The notes beneath the pieces are model-generated. The model had not been told where the DNA came from and searched no databases. It saw only the letters and a list, made by a program, of their open reading frames with translations. The translations under genes were made by a program, and so were the position numbers. Below, in pieces: positions 1 through 10,427 of a DNA stretch of 64,000 nt; positions within the stretch are counted from its first letter, which is position 1; each line of letters begins with the position of its first letter. This DNA is from an uncultured Actinomycetota bacterium (GTDB taxonomy: Bacteria; Actinomycetota; Actinomycetes; Propionibacteriales; Nocardioidaceae), in contig CAVOQH010000002.1 in the NCBI GenBank assembly GCA_963698315.1, positions 837,711-901,710 of the forward strand. The letters run 5' to 3'.

Positions 1-1300
1 CACCTCGCGGCCCCGCTGCGACAGCGCCTCGTGGAGGTCCCGCTGGGGCTCGGCCGGCCCTACTGGGTCGACGACCCGCACTTCGACATCGAGTTCCACC
101 TGCGCGAGCTCGCCCTCCCGGCGCCGGGCAGCCCGGAGCAGCTCGGCGAGCAGGTGGCCCGCATCCACGCCCGCCAGCTCGACCGCTCGCGGCCGCTGTG
201 GGAGGCCTACGTGATCACCGGCCTGGCCGACGGCCGCGCCGCGTTCTACTCCAAGATCCACCACGCCGCGATCGACGGCGTCTCCGGCTCCGAGATCCTC
301 GAGACGGTCATGGACCTCGACGCGGTGCCCCGCGAGGTCGACCCGGAGATGGAGCCCTTCGTGCCCCGGCCCGTCCCCTCGACGGTCGACCTGGTGCGGC
401 GCGGGCTCGGCTCGGTTCTGGTCAACCCATGGGAGGTGATGCGCACCGTCCCGCGGTCGCTGCGCTACCTCGACCAGCTGCCCGGCGCGGTCAACGTGCC
501 GGGGGTCAGGCTGGTCAGCGAGGCGGCCGGCCTGGTGGGCCGCGCTGCTCGGGCAGCGCCCGGCCCCGCTGGACGCCCAGGAGCTGAAGGCGCCGCGCAC
601 CCCGTTCAACGGCCCGATCACCGCGCACCGGCGGTTCGCCTACGGCTCGGTGCCGCTGGCTGACGTGAAGCGGGTCAAGGACCACTTCTCGATGACCGTC
701 AACGACGTGGTGATGACGTTGACCGCCGCGGCGCTGCGCCGCTGGCTGCTCGACCACGACGCCCTGCCCCGCACGCCCCTGGTCGCCGCCGTGCCGGTGT
801 CGGTGCGCACCGCGGACCAGCAGGGCGACCTGGGCAACCAGGTCTCGGTGATGGTGGCGTCGCTGCCGACGGACGTGGCCGACCCGGCCGAGCGGGCCGA
901 GGCGATGCGGGACTCGATGATGGCGGCCAAGCGGCACTTCCAGGCGGTGCCGGCGTCGCTGCTCCAGGACCTGTCCACCGCCATCCCGACCGCCCTGTCG
1001 GGGCTCGCGGCCCGGTCGCTGTTCCGGCTCGCGATGCTGCCGGGGGTGCCGTTCAACCTGTTCGTCAGCAACGTGCCCGGGCCGCAGCTGCCGCTGTACG
1101 TCGCGGGGGCGCGCGTCGAGGGGATCTACCCCGTCTCGGCGGTCACCGACATGACCGGCGGGCTGAACATCACGCTGTTCTCCTACGACGGACACCTGGA
1201 CTTCGGGTTCATCGCCTGCCGCGAGATGGTGCCGGACGTGTGGCACCTCGCGGACTACCTGCGCGAGGCGCTCGAGGAGCTGGTCGCGCTCGTCGACTGA
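1..1300 (+). CDS. Wax ester/triacylglycerol synthase (WS/DGAT) acyltransferase; 5'-partial, apparent frameshift near 545-600
   Basis: HHAAIDG catalytic motif in frame 1; C-terminal TVNDVV, SNVPGP and GGLNITLFSY motifs in ORF 650..1300. Confidence 0.88.
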
Positions 1301-1307
1301 GCCTGCG

Positions 1308-2271
1308 TCAGGAGGCGCGCGCCGCGGTCCGGGCGATGGCGTCGACGAACGTCTCGTGCAGCTCCGTCGGCACGTCGTGGCCCATGCCCGGCACCAGCAG
1401 CAGCTCCGAGCCCGCGACCGCGCGCGAGGTGGCCCGGCCGCCGGACACGTGCACCATCTTGTCGCTCATGCCGTGGATGACCAGGGTCGGCACGTCGAGA
1501 CTCGCGCAGCGAGCGGGTGCGGTCGGGCTGCGCCAGGATCGCGGACATCTGCCGCGCCACCCCCGACGCGCTCACCCCGCGGTCCCAGGTCTGCCCGGCG
1601 CGCTCCTCGACGCCCTCGGCCCGGTCGGGGTAGAGCGGCGAGCCGATCACCTTCCAGAGCCGGGCGGACGCGGCGACGTACGCCTCGCGGGACTCCGCCC
1701 GCCGGGCGAGCAGCATCGGCAGCAGCCGCGGGTCCTGCCAGCCGACCGAGCGGCGGCCGGTGGTGGACATGATCGAGGTCAGTGACCGGACCCGCTCGGG
1801 CCGGTGCAGCGCCATGGTCTGGGCGATCATGCCGCCCATCGAGATCCCGACGACGTGGGCCGCGTCGTGCTCGAGGTGGTCGAGCAGCGCCAGGCCGTCC
1901 TCGGCCATGTCGGTGAGGGTGTACGGCGCGGCGCCGTTCTGGCCGAGGAAGGACCGGACGATGCCGGCGCGGCTGATCCGGCCCCCGACCCGGCTGGACC
2001 GGCCGGTGTCGCGGTTGTCGTAGCGGATCACGTGGAAGCCGCGGTCCGCGAGCATCTGGCAGAAGGCCGGGTCCCACCAGGTCATCGGGCCGCCCAGCCC
2101 CATCACCAGCAGCATCGCCTCGTCGGCGGGGTCGCCGAAGGTCTGGAAGCACAGGTCGAGCTCACCCTGGAGCGTGGCCACGGTGAGGAACTGCTCGTCG
2201 GAGGCGCCGGGCGACCCGAGAGGGGGTCCGCCGGCGGCGGCGCGGGTGGGGTCGGGAGGGGGCACGGACAC
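1308..2271 (-). CDS. Alpha/beta hydrolase; apparent frameshift near 1500
   Basis: LLVMGLGG, RYDNRDTG and GISMGG nucleophile; C-terminal PTLVIHG..D..V and GMGHD in ORF 1308..1493. Confidence 0.85.
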
Positions 2272-2371
2272 AACCCTTCGTCGACAGTGGGTGTCACGGA
2301 CGGTTACCCCTCCAGGATATCCACCGGACGTCGTGGTCCGGTTACCGCGTTTTGGGAGTTTGAACTGTGGC

Positions 2372-2393
2372 TGATGTGGCTACCGTCACATCA
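2372..2393. promoter_or_regulatory. CRP/GlxR-like palindromic operator
   Basis: TGATGTG-GCTACCGT-CACATCA; core TGTGG-N6-TCACA is one mismatch from TGTGA-N6-TCACA; abuts the ATG at 2393. Confidence 0.5.
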
Positions 2394-3256
2394 TGAGTTC
2401 TCCCATGGCCGCGTTCCTGTGCCCGCCCGGCTTCGCCGGGCCGCGGGGACTCCGCGCGATCGCGCGGGAGGGGAGCGCGGTGACGGAGGCGGCGCGTCTC
2501 CTCGGGCGCAACACCCGGGACCGGCTCGGCCGGCGACAGACGCCGTACGCCCTGCGCACCCCCGAGCCCGGCCAGGACCCGGTGGTGCTGGTCCCGGGGT
2601 TCATGGCCGGTGACGGCAGCCTGGCCCTGATGGGCCGCCACCTGCGCGGGCTGGGTCACCGCACCTACCGCTCCACGATGCACGCCAACGTCGGGTGCAC
2701 CCGGGCCGCCTCGGAGGCGCTCGAGCGCCGGGTCGAGGCGATCGCCCTCAAGCGCGACCGCCGGGTGACGATCGTCGGGCACAGTCTCGGCGGCCTGCTC
2801 GCCCGCGGGCTGGCCGCCCGCCGGCCCGACCTGGTGGACGGCATCGTCACGCTCGGCAGCCCGCTGCTGGCGCCGGGGGCGGCGCACGCCCTGCTGCTGC
2901 TCGACCTCGCGGTCGTGATCCGCCTCCAGCGGGCGGGCCTGGGCTCGATGATGGGCGCCGACTGCACCGCCGGCGACTGTGCCCGGCAGAGCTGGGAGGA
3001 CGCCCGCGCTCCGCTGTCACGCGACGTCGCGTTCACCTCGGTCTTCTCCCGTCGCGACGGGATCGTCGACTGGCGTGGCTGCCTGGACCCCCAGGCGAAG
3101 ACCGTCGAGGTGCGCACCAGTCATCTCGGCATGGCGTTCGACCCCGGCGTGCTCGACATCGTCGGCGCCACCCTGGCCGCCAACCGGGCACGTCGCGAGC
3201 GTGAGCTCAGCCGGCAGGCCAGGCTGGTGGCAGTTCCTGACGCGTCGGCGGGTTAG
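2393..3256 (+). CDS. Lipase/esterase (alpha/beta fold)
   Basis: PVVLVPGF, GHSLGG, TLGSP, DGIVDW, SHLGM motifs. Confidence 0.85.
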   Translation: MSSPMAAFLCPPGFAGPRGLRAIAREGSAVTEAARLLGRNTRDRLGRRQTPYALRTPEPGQDPVVLVPGFMAGDGSLALMGRHLRGLGHRTYRSTMHANVGCTRAASEALERRVEAIALKRDRRVTIVGHSLGGLLARGLAARRPDLVDGIVTLGSPLLAPGAAHALLLLDLAVVIRLQRAGLGSMMGADCTAGDCARQSWEDARAPLSRDVAFTSVFSRRDGIVDWRGCLDPQAKTVEVRTSHLGMAFDPGVLDIVGATLAANRARRERELSRQARLVAVPDASAG

Positions 3257-4124
3257 CCCCCCGCCGCGAGCAGGTGATCCCGGCGACCGTGTGCGCGGCG
3301 CGCAGCAGCGCCTCCGCCCGGTCGACCTCGAGGTCGAGCCCCCACTCGAGGGTGACCGCGATCAGGGCACCCATGAACGAGTCGCCGGCGCCGACCGTGT
3401 CGACGACCCGCACCGGTTCCGACGGCACCCGGACCGACCCGTGCCGGGTGAAGGCCTCGGCGCCGCCGCCCCCGTGGGTGACCACCACGAGCCGGGTCCG
3501 GCCGTTGGCCAGCAGGTGCTCGGCCACCTCGGTGGGCGTGCTGTCGGGCGCGAAGGCGTGCACGTCCTCGTCGCTCATCTTCACCAGGTCGGCGTGCGCC
3601 GCCACCTCGTTCATGTCCTCCCACGCCTGCGGGGCGGGCGGCAGGAAGACCGGACGGGCGTTGGGGTCGTAGCTGACCAGGGCCCCGGCGGCCACGGCCT
3701 GGTCGAGCAGGTCGACGACCGCGTCCCGGCCCGGCCGGAGGGCGGAGCCGATCGACCCGACGTGCAGGCCGATGGCGCCCGCGGGCAGGGTGCGCGGTCC
3801 GAGGGACCAGGTCAGGTCGAAGTCGTACGTCGCGGCGTGGTGCTCGTCGAGGTGGGCGGTGGCCGTGCTGGTGCGGTGCCCGGGGACCACGCTGCCCTCG
3901 TGGAGGTCGACGCCGCTGCCGGTCACGTGGTCGAGGACCAGGCGGCCGTGCTCGTCGTCGCCGAGCTCGGTGACCAGGACCGCGTCGAGGCCCAGCCGGG
4001 ACAGCCCGACCGCGACGTTCAGCGGCGAGCCGCCGGGGGCGTTCTCCCGCTCGCCGTGGACCGGGACGACGATGTCGACGAGTGCCTCCCCGACCAGGAC
4101 GAACGGGGAGCGGGGTGAGGACAC
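3207..4124 (-). CDS. PfkB-family carbohydrate kinase (fructokinase-like)
   Basis: GEALVD, PGGSPLNVA, YDPNAR, DTVGAGDSF signatures; directly downstream of glpX. Confidence 0.9.
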   Translation of the reverse strand: MSSPRSPFVLVGEALVDIVVPVHGERENAPGGSPLNVAVGLSRLGLDAVLVTELGDDEHGRLVLDHVTGSGVDLHEGSVVPGHRTSTATAHLDEHHAATYDFDLTWSLGPRTLPAGAIGLHVGSIGSALRPGRDAVVDLLDQAVAAGALVSYDPNARPVFLPPAPQAWEDMNEVAAHADLVKMSDEDVHAFAPDSTPTEVAEHLLANGRTRLVVVTHGGGGAEAFTRHGSVRVPSEPVRVVDTVGAGDSFMGALIAVTLEWGLDLEVDRAEALLRAAHTVAGITCSRRGANPPTRQELPPAWPAG

Positions 4125-4134
4125 CGTGGTCGTC

Positions 4135-5163
4135 TCAGTGCTCGAAGTCGACGGCGGCGTAGGACTTGAGCTTGCGCAGCTTGTGCTCGGAGATGATCGA
4201 GCGGATCGTCCCGCTGCGCGACCGCATCACCAGCGAGTGGGTGCTGGCCCCGCCGGCGCGGTAGCGGACGCCCTGCATCAGCTCGCCGTCGGTGATGCCG
4301 GTCGCGACGAAGAAGACGTCGTCGCCGGTGACCAGGTCGTCGGTGAACAGCACCCGGTCGAGGTCGTGGCCGGCGTCGATGGCGCGCTCCCGCTCGGCCT
4401 CGTCCTTGGGCCAGAGGCGTCCCTGGATGACGCCGTCGAGGCACTTCATCGCGCAGGCGGCGATGATGCCCTCCGGGGTGCCGCCGACGCCCAGCAGCAG
4501 GTCGACACCGGTGCCGCTGCGGGCGGCCATGATCGCGCCGGCGACGTCGCCGTCGACGATGAACTTGATCCGCGCCCCGGTGGCGCGGATCTCCTCGACG
4601 AGCTTGTCGTGGCGGGGCCGGTCGAGGAGCACCACGGTGACGTCCTCGGGGGCGCTCCCCTTGGCCTTGGCCACCTGGTGGATGTTCTCCGCCACGGGGT
4701 AGCGGATGTCGACGACGTCGGCCGCCTCCGGACCGGTGACCAGCTTCTCCATGTAGAACACCGCGGACGGGTCGTACATCGACCCGCGGGGGGCCACCGC
4801 CATCACCGCGACCGCGTTGGCCATGCCCTTGGCGGTCAGGGTGGTGCCGTCGATCGGGTCCACCGCGACGTCGCACTCGGGACCGGTGCCGTCGCCGACC
4901 TCCTCGCCGTTGAACAGCATCGGGGCGTTGTCCTTCTCGCCCTCGCCGATCACCACCACGCCGCGCATGCCGACGGTCGAGATCAGCGCGCGCATCGCGT
5001 TGACCGCGACCCCGTCGGCGCCGTTCTTGTCGCCCTTGCCGACCCAGCGGCCCGCGGCCATCGCGGCCGCCTCGGTGACCCGCACCAGCTCGAGGGCGAG
5101 GTTGCGGTCCGGCGCTTCGTGCGCCGCGGACAGACCGGGAGACAGCTGCGGAGACTCAGTCAT
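4135..5163 (-). CDS. glpX: Class II fructose-1,6-bisphosphatase
   Basis: [35 protein letters not shown]; TAGTGT-N6-ATG leaderless-type start. Confidence 0.96.
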   Translation of the reverse strand: MTESPQLSPGLSAAHEAPDRNLALELVRVTEAAAMAAGRWVGKGDKNGADGVAVNAMRALISTVGMRGVVVIGEGEKDNAPMLFNGEEVGDGTGPECDVAVDPIDGTTLTAKGMANAVAVMAVAPRGSMYDPSAVFYMEKLVTGPEAADVVDIRYPVAENIHQVAKAKGSAPEDVTVVLLDRPRHDKLVEEIRATGARIKFIVDGDVAGAIMAARSGTGVDLLLGVGGTPEGIIAACAMKCLDGVIQGRLWPKDEAERERAIDAGHDLDRVLFTDDLVTGDDVFFVATGITDGELMQGVRYRAGGASTHSLVMRSRSGTIRSIISEHKLRKLKSYAAVDFEH

Positions 5164-5182
5164 GTCCGCACACTACCGGTGT

Positions 5183-6262
5183 CTAGCGGCTTCGGTGCAC
5201 CGAGATCTCGGTCGCCTTGACCGAGGCCCAGACCCGGGCGCCGGGGGCGAGGCGGAGGTCCTCGACGGACTGCGGGGTGACGTCGGCGAAGAGGCCCGAG
5301 GCGACGTCGAGGTGCACCCGGACGGCGGCGCCGTGCGGCACCACCGACGTCACCGTGCCCGGCCACCGGTTGCGGGCCGAGCCGACGGGCTCGGCGGCGG
5401 TGAGGGTGACCGCAGCCGGCGGGAAGCAGGCGTTGACCGGGCCGTCGACGGCGGTCGCGGACACGAGCTGCACGCCGTCGTCGAGCTGCACCCGGGTGCC
5501 GGTGCTGGTGCCCGGCAGCACGTTGAGGCCGACGAGGCGGGCGACGTGGGCCGTGCTGGGCAGCGCCGCGACCTCCGCGGGGGCTCCCTGCTGCGCGACC
5601 GCGCCGTCGTCGAGGACGAGGACCCGGTTGGCCAGCGTCATCGCGTCGATGGCGTCGTGGGTGACCAGCACGGTGATCCCGTCGAAGTCGGCGAGGTGCC
5701 GGGCCAGCTCGCCGCGCAGGGTCATCGCGACACCGACGTCGAGGGCCGAGAGCGGCTCGTCGAGCAGCAGCAGCCGCGGCTCCCCGGCGAGCGCGCGGGC
5801 GATCGCGACGCGCTGCGCCTGGCCGCCCGAGAGCTGGGCGGGCCGCCGCCCGGCGAGGTCGCCGACGCCGAGCCGGTCGAGCCACTCCTGCGCGTCGCGC
5901 TCGGCCGCCCCCCGGGCCCGGCCCCGGCTGCGCGGCCCGAAGGCGGCGTTGGCCAGCGCCGTGAGGTGCGGGAAGAGCAGCCCGTCCTGGAAGACCATGC
6001 CGACCTGCCGGCGGCGGGTCTCGAGGCGACGTCCGCCCGGACCGTCCCAGACGGTGTCGCCGAGCCGGACGTGGCCCTCGGTGAGCGGCACGATGCCGGC
6101 GAGGGCGCGGATCAGGGTGGACTTGCCGGCGCCGTTGGGGCCGATCACGGCGATCACGTCGCCCGGCTCGGCGGTCAGCGCGACGTCGACGGTGTGCGCG
6201 GGGCGGCGTACGACGACGTGGGCGTCGAGCCTGCCGGTGCGGGTGGCCGTGCTGGTGCTCAT
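5183..6262 (-). CDS. modC: Molybdate ABC transporter ATPase with C-terminal TOBE domain
   Basis: GPNGAGKS, LSGGQ, LLLLDEP, SARN...VKATE; start overlaps the modB stop. Confidence 0.88.
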   Translation of the reverse strand: MSTSTATRTGRLDAHVVVRRPAHTVDVALTAEPGDVIAVIGPNGAGKSTLIRALAGIVPLTEGHVRLGDTVWDGPGGRRLETRRRQVGMVFQDGLLFPHLTALANAAFGPRSRGRARGAAERDAQEWLDRLGVGDLAGRRPAQLSGGQAQRVAIARALAGEPRLLLLDEPLSALDVGVAMTLRGELARHLADFDGITVLVTHDAIDAMTLANRVLVLDDGAVAQQGAPAEVAALPSTAHVARLVGLNVLPGTSTGTRVQLDDGVQLVSATAVDGPVNACFPPAAVTLTAAEPVGSARNRWPGTVTSVVPHGAAVRVHLDVASGLFADVTPQSVEDLRLAPGARVWASVKATEISVHRSR

Positions 6263-7044
6263 CGGGGCGCCGCCCCCTGCAGGGCCTGGTCGAACCAGCG
6301 CTCGCGCATCAGCGCCAGGGCCGCGACGGAGACCGCGATGAGGATGACGCTGAGCACCACGGCGGCCTCCTGGTCGGACTGGAGGGCGACGTAGATCGCG
6401 TTGGGCATCGTGCGGGTGGTGCCGGGGTAGTTGCCGGCGAAGGTGATGGTCGCGCCGAACTCGCCGAGAGCCCGGGCCCAGCTGAGCACGAGCCCCGCGA
6501 GCACGCCGGGCCCGGCCAGCGGCAGGGTGACCCGGACGAAGGTCGTCCAGCGGCTGGCCCCGAGCGTGGCCGCGGCGACGTCGTACTCGCGGTCGGTGGC
6601 GCGCATCGCCCCCTCGACGCTGAGCACGAAGAAGGGCAGCGAGACGTAGGCGTGCGCGATGACCACCGCCAGCGTCGTGAACGGCAGGGTGACGCCGAAG
6701 ACGTCGTGGAGCGGGCCGCCGAGGAGCCCGCGCCGGCCGAACGCCGAGAGCAGCGCCACGCCGGCGACCACCGGCGGCAGCACCAGCGGCACGATCACCA
6801 GCGCCCGCAGCAGCGAGCGGCCCGGGAACTCGACCCGGGCGAGCAGCCACGACAGCGGGATGCCCACGGCCGTCACGACGGCGACCGCGGCGAGCGAGGT
6901 CACCAACGACAGGCGGAGCGCGTCGAGGACCTCGGGCTCGAGCAACCGCTCGACCAGCTCGGTCCACGGCACCCGGAGCAGCAGGGCGGCCATCGGGACG
7001 ACGAGGAACCCGACGGCCAGCACCGCCGGGACCAGCAGCCGCAC
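6259..7044 (-). CDS. modB: Molybdate ABC transporter permease (true start may be near 7087 with an indel)
   Basis: PLVLPPVVAG, ARALGEFGAT, EAA-like loop. Confidence 0.9.
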   Translation of the reverse strand: MRLLVPAVLAVGFLVVPMAALLLRVPWTELVERLLEPEVLDALRLSLVTSLAAVAVVTAVGIPLSWLLARVEFPGRSLLRALVIVPLVLPPVVAGVALLSAFGRRGLLGGPLHDVFGVTLPFTTLAVVIAHAYVSLPFFVLSVEGAMRATDREYDVAAATLGASRWTTFVRVTLPLAGPGVLAGLVLSWARALGEFGATITFAGNYPGTTRTMPNAIYVALQSDQEAAVVLSVILIAVSVAALALMRERWFDQALQGAAPR

Positions 7045-7083
7045 CGGGGCGCGGCCGAGGGCCGGGCCGGGTGTGCGGCACGG

Positions 7084-7870
7084 TCACGGAGCCCCGAAGC
7101 CGGCGTCCCGGAGCACCTGCTGGCCCTCCTCGGAGAGGACCAGCTCGACCCAGGCCGCGGCCAGGTCGGGCTCGGCGGCGTCGGCGGTGGCGGCGATCGG
7201 GTAGCGGTTGACCGCGTCGCCCGCTGCCGGGACGTCGATGGCCTGCACCCGGTCGCCGGCCGCGACGGCGTCGGTGGCGTAGACGAGCCCGGCGTCGGCC
7301 TCGTCGAGCTCGACCTTGGACAGCACCGCCTTGACGTCGACCTCCTCGCTCGCGGGCGGGGCCGCGATCCCGGCGTCGTCGAGGACGCTGGCGGCGAGCG
7401 CGCCGCACGGGGCGGACTCGACGCACACGACGTAGTCGCTGTCGCCGCCGTCGAGGTCGGCGAGCTCGTCGATCCCGGCCGGGTTGTCGGCGGGCACCAC
7501 CAGCACGAGCTCGTTGGTGGCGAAGACCTCCGGGTCGCCGGCGGCGCTGCCGGCGTCGGTGACCAGCTGCATGGTCCGCTCGTCCGCGGTGGCGAGCACG
7601 TCGCCGGGCGCGCCCTGGTTGACCTGCTCGGCGAGGGTGGCGCTGGAGTCGAAGGCGAGCTCCACGCTCGACCCCGTCGTGCTCCGCCTCGAACCGGGCG
7701 GCCAGCTCCTCGAAGCTCTCGGTGAGCGACGCGGCGGCGAGCACGGTGAGGGTGCCGCTCATGTCCGGCCCGGCGTCGTCCCCGGCCGGGTCGTCGGAGC
7801 TGCAGGCGGCGGCGGGGAGCAGCGCGGCCAGGACGACGGGGACCAGCGCGGTGCGGCGGACGGACCTCAT
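7084..7870 (-). CDS. modA: Molybdate-binding lipoprotein; apparent frameshift near 7672
   Basis: Lipobox PAAAC and TVLAAASLTE in the 5' frame; SSATLAEQ, DVKAVLSKV, DAGLVYATD in the 3' frame. Confidence 0.88.
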
Positions 7871-8265
7871 GGCAGCTCCACGACGACGTTGGTGGACTTG
7901 ACGGAGGCGAGCGCGAGCACGCCCGGGGCCAGCCCGAGCTCGTCGGCCGCCTCGGCGCTCATCAGCGAGACCATCCGGTAGGGCCCGCAGACCATCTCGA
8001 CCTGGGCCATCACGGTGTCCTTCTTGACCGCCGTGACGATGCCGCGCAGCCGGTTGCGGGCGCTCACCGACGCGGCGCGCGGTGTCCCGTCGGGAAGGGT
8101 GTCGGCCAGCGAGCGCGCGAGGGCGGCCAGGTCCGCCCCCTCGACCTGGAGCCGACCGTCGTCACCGGCGGCCGCGGCCAGTCGTCCGGCGTCGATCCAG
8201 CGGCGCAGGGTGTCGTCGCTGACGCCCAGCACGGAGGCTGCTTCCGCAACTCGGTAGGTGGTCAC
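7867..8265 (-). CDS. Excisionase/MerR-type HTH + TOBE molybdenum regulator
   Basis: EAASVLGVSDDTLRRW HTH; SARNRLRGIV...ASVKSTNV TOBE; CACACT-N6-GTG start. Confidence 0.88.
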   Translation of the reverse strand: MTTYRVAEAASVLGVSDDTLRRWIDAGRLAAAAGDDGRLQVEGADLAALARSLADTLPDGTPRAASVSARNRLRGIVTAVKKDTVMAQVEMVCGPYRMVSLMSAEAADELGLAPGVLALASVKSTNVVVELP

Positions 8266-8277
8266 GCTGCCAGTGTG

Positions 8278-8320
8278 CCGCACCTGCGGTGGATCTGTCT
8301 GCTGTGCTCCGCAGGCGCGG
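8278..8320. promoter_or_regulatory. Candidate paired operator of the mod operon
   Basis: CCGCA-CC-TGCGG (8278-8289, perfect inverted repeat) and CCGCA-GG-CGCGG (8309-8320), 31 bp apart; the first abuts the putative -10. Confidence 0.45.
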
Positions 8321-8325
8321 ACCGG

Positions 8326-9609
8326 TCATCGCACCAGGTCGGCCCAGCCCCACAGCACGACGACGGCGGCGACCACCGCCGGTGGGGTGACCAGGAAGGA
8401 CAGCCGGTGGAACTCGCCGGCGCTCGCGCCTCCGCCGTGCCGGGTCACCGAGCGCCGCCAGAGGAGGTTGGCCAGCGATCCGGGGTAGGTCAGCCCCGAC
8501 CCGACGTTGAGCCCCACCAGGGCGGCGAGGACGGCCGTGGTGCCGAGCGGCGCCACGAGCGGCACCAGGAGCAGCGTCGCCGGCAGGTTGTTGACGAGGT
8601 TGGCCAGGACGGTGGCGACCAGGGCCACCCCGAGCAGGGCGAGCAGCCCGTCGTCGGCCGGCAGCGCGCGGCGTACGACGTCGGCGAGGAAGCCGTCGGC
8701 GAGCGCGGCCACCACGACACCGAGCCCGAGGACGAACACCGCGAAGGAGAGGTGGGTCGCGTGCAGCACGGCGCGCAGGCCCACCCGCCCCCGGGCCAGC
8801 GCGTGCGCGGCGAGCACCACCGCGGCCGCGGCCGCCACCCACGCCGGCGCGACGCCGAGCGGCGAGACCACCGCGAACCCGACGAGCATCACCGCCACCA
8901 CGGTGACCGGGAAGCGGGGGAGGTGATCGGGGTCGAGGTGGTTCCCGTCCCGCGGGGCGACGGCGAGGTCGCGGCGGAAGAACAGCCGGTGACCGGCGTA
9001 CTCGACCCCGATCACGACCAGCCACACCGGAGCCATCAGCACCGCGAACTCGTGGAAGGTGAGGTCGAGGTACGGGAGCGCCAGCAGGTTGGTCAGGTTG
9101 GACACCGGCAGCAGCAGCGAGGCCGAGTTGGCCAGCCGCACGCAGGCGTAGGTCATCGGCCGCGGGTCGACGAGGCTGCTGGTCGCCGCGGCCACGACCA
9201 CCGGGGTCAGCAGCACGACCGTCGCGTCGAGGCTGAGCGCGGCCGTCACCAGGGCGGCGGTGACGAAGGTCAGCGTGAGCATCCGGACCGGGTGGTGGCG
9301 CGCGGCCCTGGCCACCATGTGGCCCACCGCGGTGAAGACGCCCTCGGCCGCGCACAGGGTCGCGACCACGAGGATCGCGGCCAGGAACGCGACCACCGGC
9401 AGCAGCGCGCGCACCTGCTCGACGGCGGTGTCGAGGCTGACCGCGCCGATCCCCAGCAGCAGCGCCGCCGCTGCGGCGCCCACCGTCGCCTCCAGCCACT
9501 CCGGCGGGTGTGCGAAGGCCACCGCCAGGAGCGCCACCAGAGCGAGGAGCGCGATGGCGTCCAGGAGCGGTGCGGGCACCGCCGCAGCGTAGGCGGTGAG
9601 CGGGAGCAC
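8326..9609 (-). CDS. ArsB/NhaD-family (IT superfamily) membrane transporter
   Basis: Many TM segments; LSLDATVVLLTPVV, ANSASLLLPVSNLTNL, NLVNNLPA, GSLANLLW. Confidence 0.82.
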   Translation of the reverse strand: MLPLTAYAAAVPAPLLDAIALLALVALLAVAFAHPPEWLEATVGAAAAALLLGIGAVSLDTAVEQVRALLPVVAFLAAILVVATLCAAEGVFTAVGHMVARAARHHPVRMLTLTFVTAALVTAALSLDATVVLLTPVVVAAATSSLVDPRPMTYACVRLANSASLLLPVSNLTNLLALPYLDLTFHEFAVLMAPVWLVVIGVEYAGHRLFFRRDLAVAPRDGNHLDPDHLPRFPVTVVAVMLVGFAVVSPLGVAPAWVAAAAAVVLAAHALARGRVGLRAVLHATHLSFAVFVLGLGVVVAALADGFLADVVRRALPADDGLLALLGVALVATVLANLVNNLPATLLLVPLVAPLGTTAVLAALVGLNVGSGLTYPGSLANLLWRRSVTRHGGGASAGEFHRLSFLVTPPAVVAAVVVLWGWADLVR

Positions 9610-9661
9610 CGTCCTCGTGGCCGGGGGCCGGGCTCGACCGGACGGCTGAGAGAATGGCCGG

Positions 9662-10192
9662 GTGAGTGGACAGGCCGGTCGCTACCAGCGTTCCGCGGCC
9701 GGCATGGTCGGGGCGATGATCGTGCTGGTCGGCGGCATCATCGGGTTCGTCGTGCTCCGCGACGTCAACCGCGACGACCCCCCGAGCCCGGTGCGCACGA
9801 TCGACTACGCGCCCGACGCGGCGTACGCCCGCGAGCAGGCGGGGTTCGACGTGGTCGCGCCGGCGACCCTGCCCGAGGGCTGGCGGGCGACGACCGCCGG
9901 CTACGTCGCCGGTGCGGGGGAGAGCTGGCACCTCGGGCTGCTCACCGAGCAGGATCGCTACGTCGGGCTCGAGCAGTCGGCGTCGTCGATGGAGTCGATG
10001 GTGGAGCAGCACGTCGACGAGGACGCGACCGCCGGGGACGCGGTCACGGTCGGCGGCGACGAGTGGACCACCTGGAGCGACGACGACGGTGACCTGGCGC
10101 TGGTGCGCGAGGAGCCGGGCACGACCACCCTGGTCGTCGGCCACCGGGTGCCGGTCGAGGAGCTCGAGGAGTTCGCCGGCTCGCTGCGCTGA
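9662..10192 (+). CDS. DUF4245-like membrane-anchored protein
   Basis: N-terminal TM; LPEGWRAT and WHLGLLT...YVGLEQS; position next to xseB. Confidence 0.8.
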   Translation: MSGQAGRYQRSAAGMVGAMIVLVGGIIGFVVLRDVNRDDPPSPVRTIDYAPDAAYAREQAGFDVVAPATLPEGWRATTAGYVAGAGESWHLGLLTEQDRYVGLEQSASSMESMVEQHVDEDATAGDAVTVGGDEWTTWSDDDGDLALVREEPGTTTLVVGHRVPVEELEEFAGSLR

Positions 10193-10211
10193 GCCGGGTC
10201 ACCGCCTCGGG

Positions 10212-10427
10212 TCACTCGTCGGGGGCCTGGTCCTTCGCGATCGCCGCGTCGAGGCGCTTCTTCGCCCCGTCGAGCCAGCCCTGACAGATCGTCGCGAGCT
10301 TCTCGCCGCGCTCCCACAGCGCGAGCGACTCCTCGAGGGTGCCGCCACCGGACTCCAGCCGGCGCACCACCTCGACCAGCTCCTCGCGGGCTTCCTCGTA
10401 GGACAGCTCGGGCTGCTCACTCGTCAT
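10212..10427 (-). CDS. xseB: Exodeoxyribonuclease VII small subunit
   Basis: [10 protein letters not shown]...[12 protein letters not shown]. Confidence 0.95.
   Translation of the reverse strand: MTSEQPELSYEEAREELVEVVRRLESGGGTLEESLALWERGEKLATICQGWLDGAKKRLDAAIAKDQAPDE

Noticed and set aside
5183-7870. 895-aa ORF joining the ModA N-terminus to ModC
   Set aside because: The middle is off-frame Arg/Gly-rich shadow over modA and modB, caused by an indel near 7672
8326-9609. Arsenic resistance operon
   Set aside because: Only an ArsB/NhaD-family transporter is present, with no arsR, arsC or arsA; the substrate cannot be assigned
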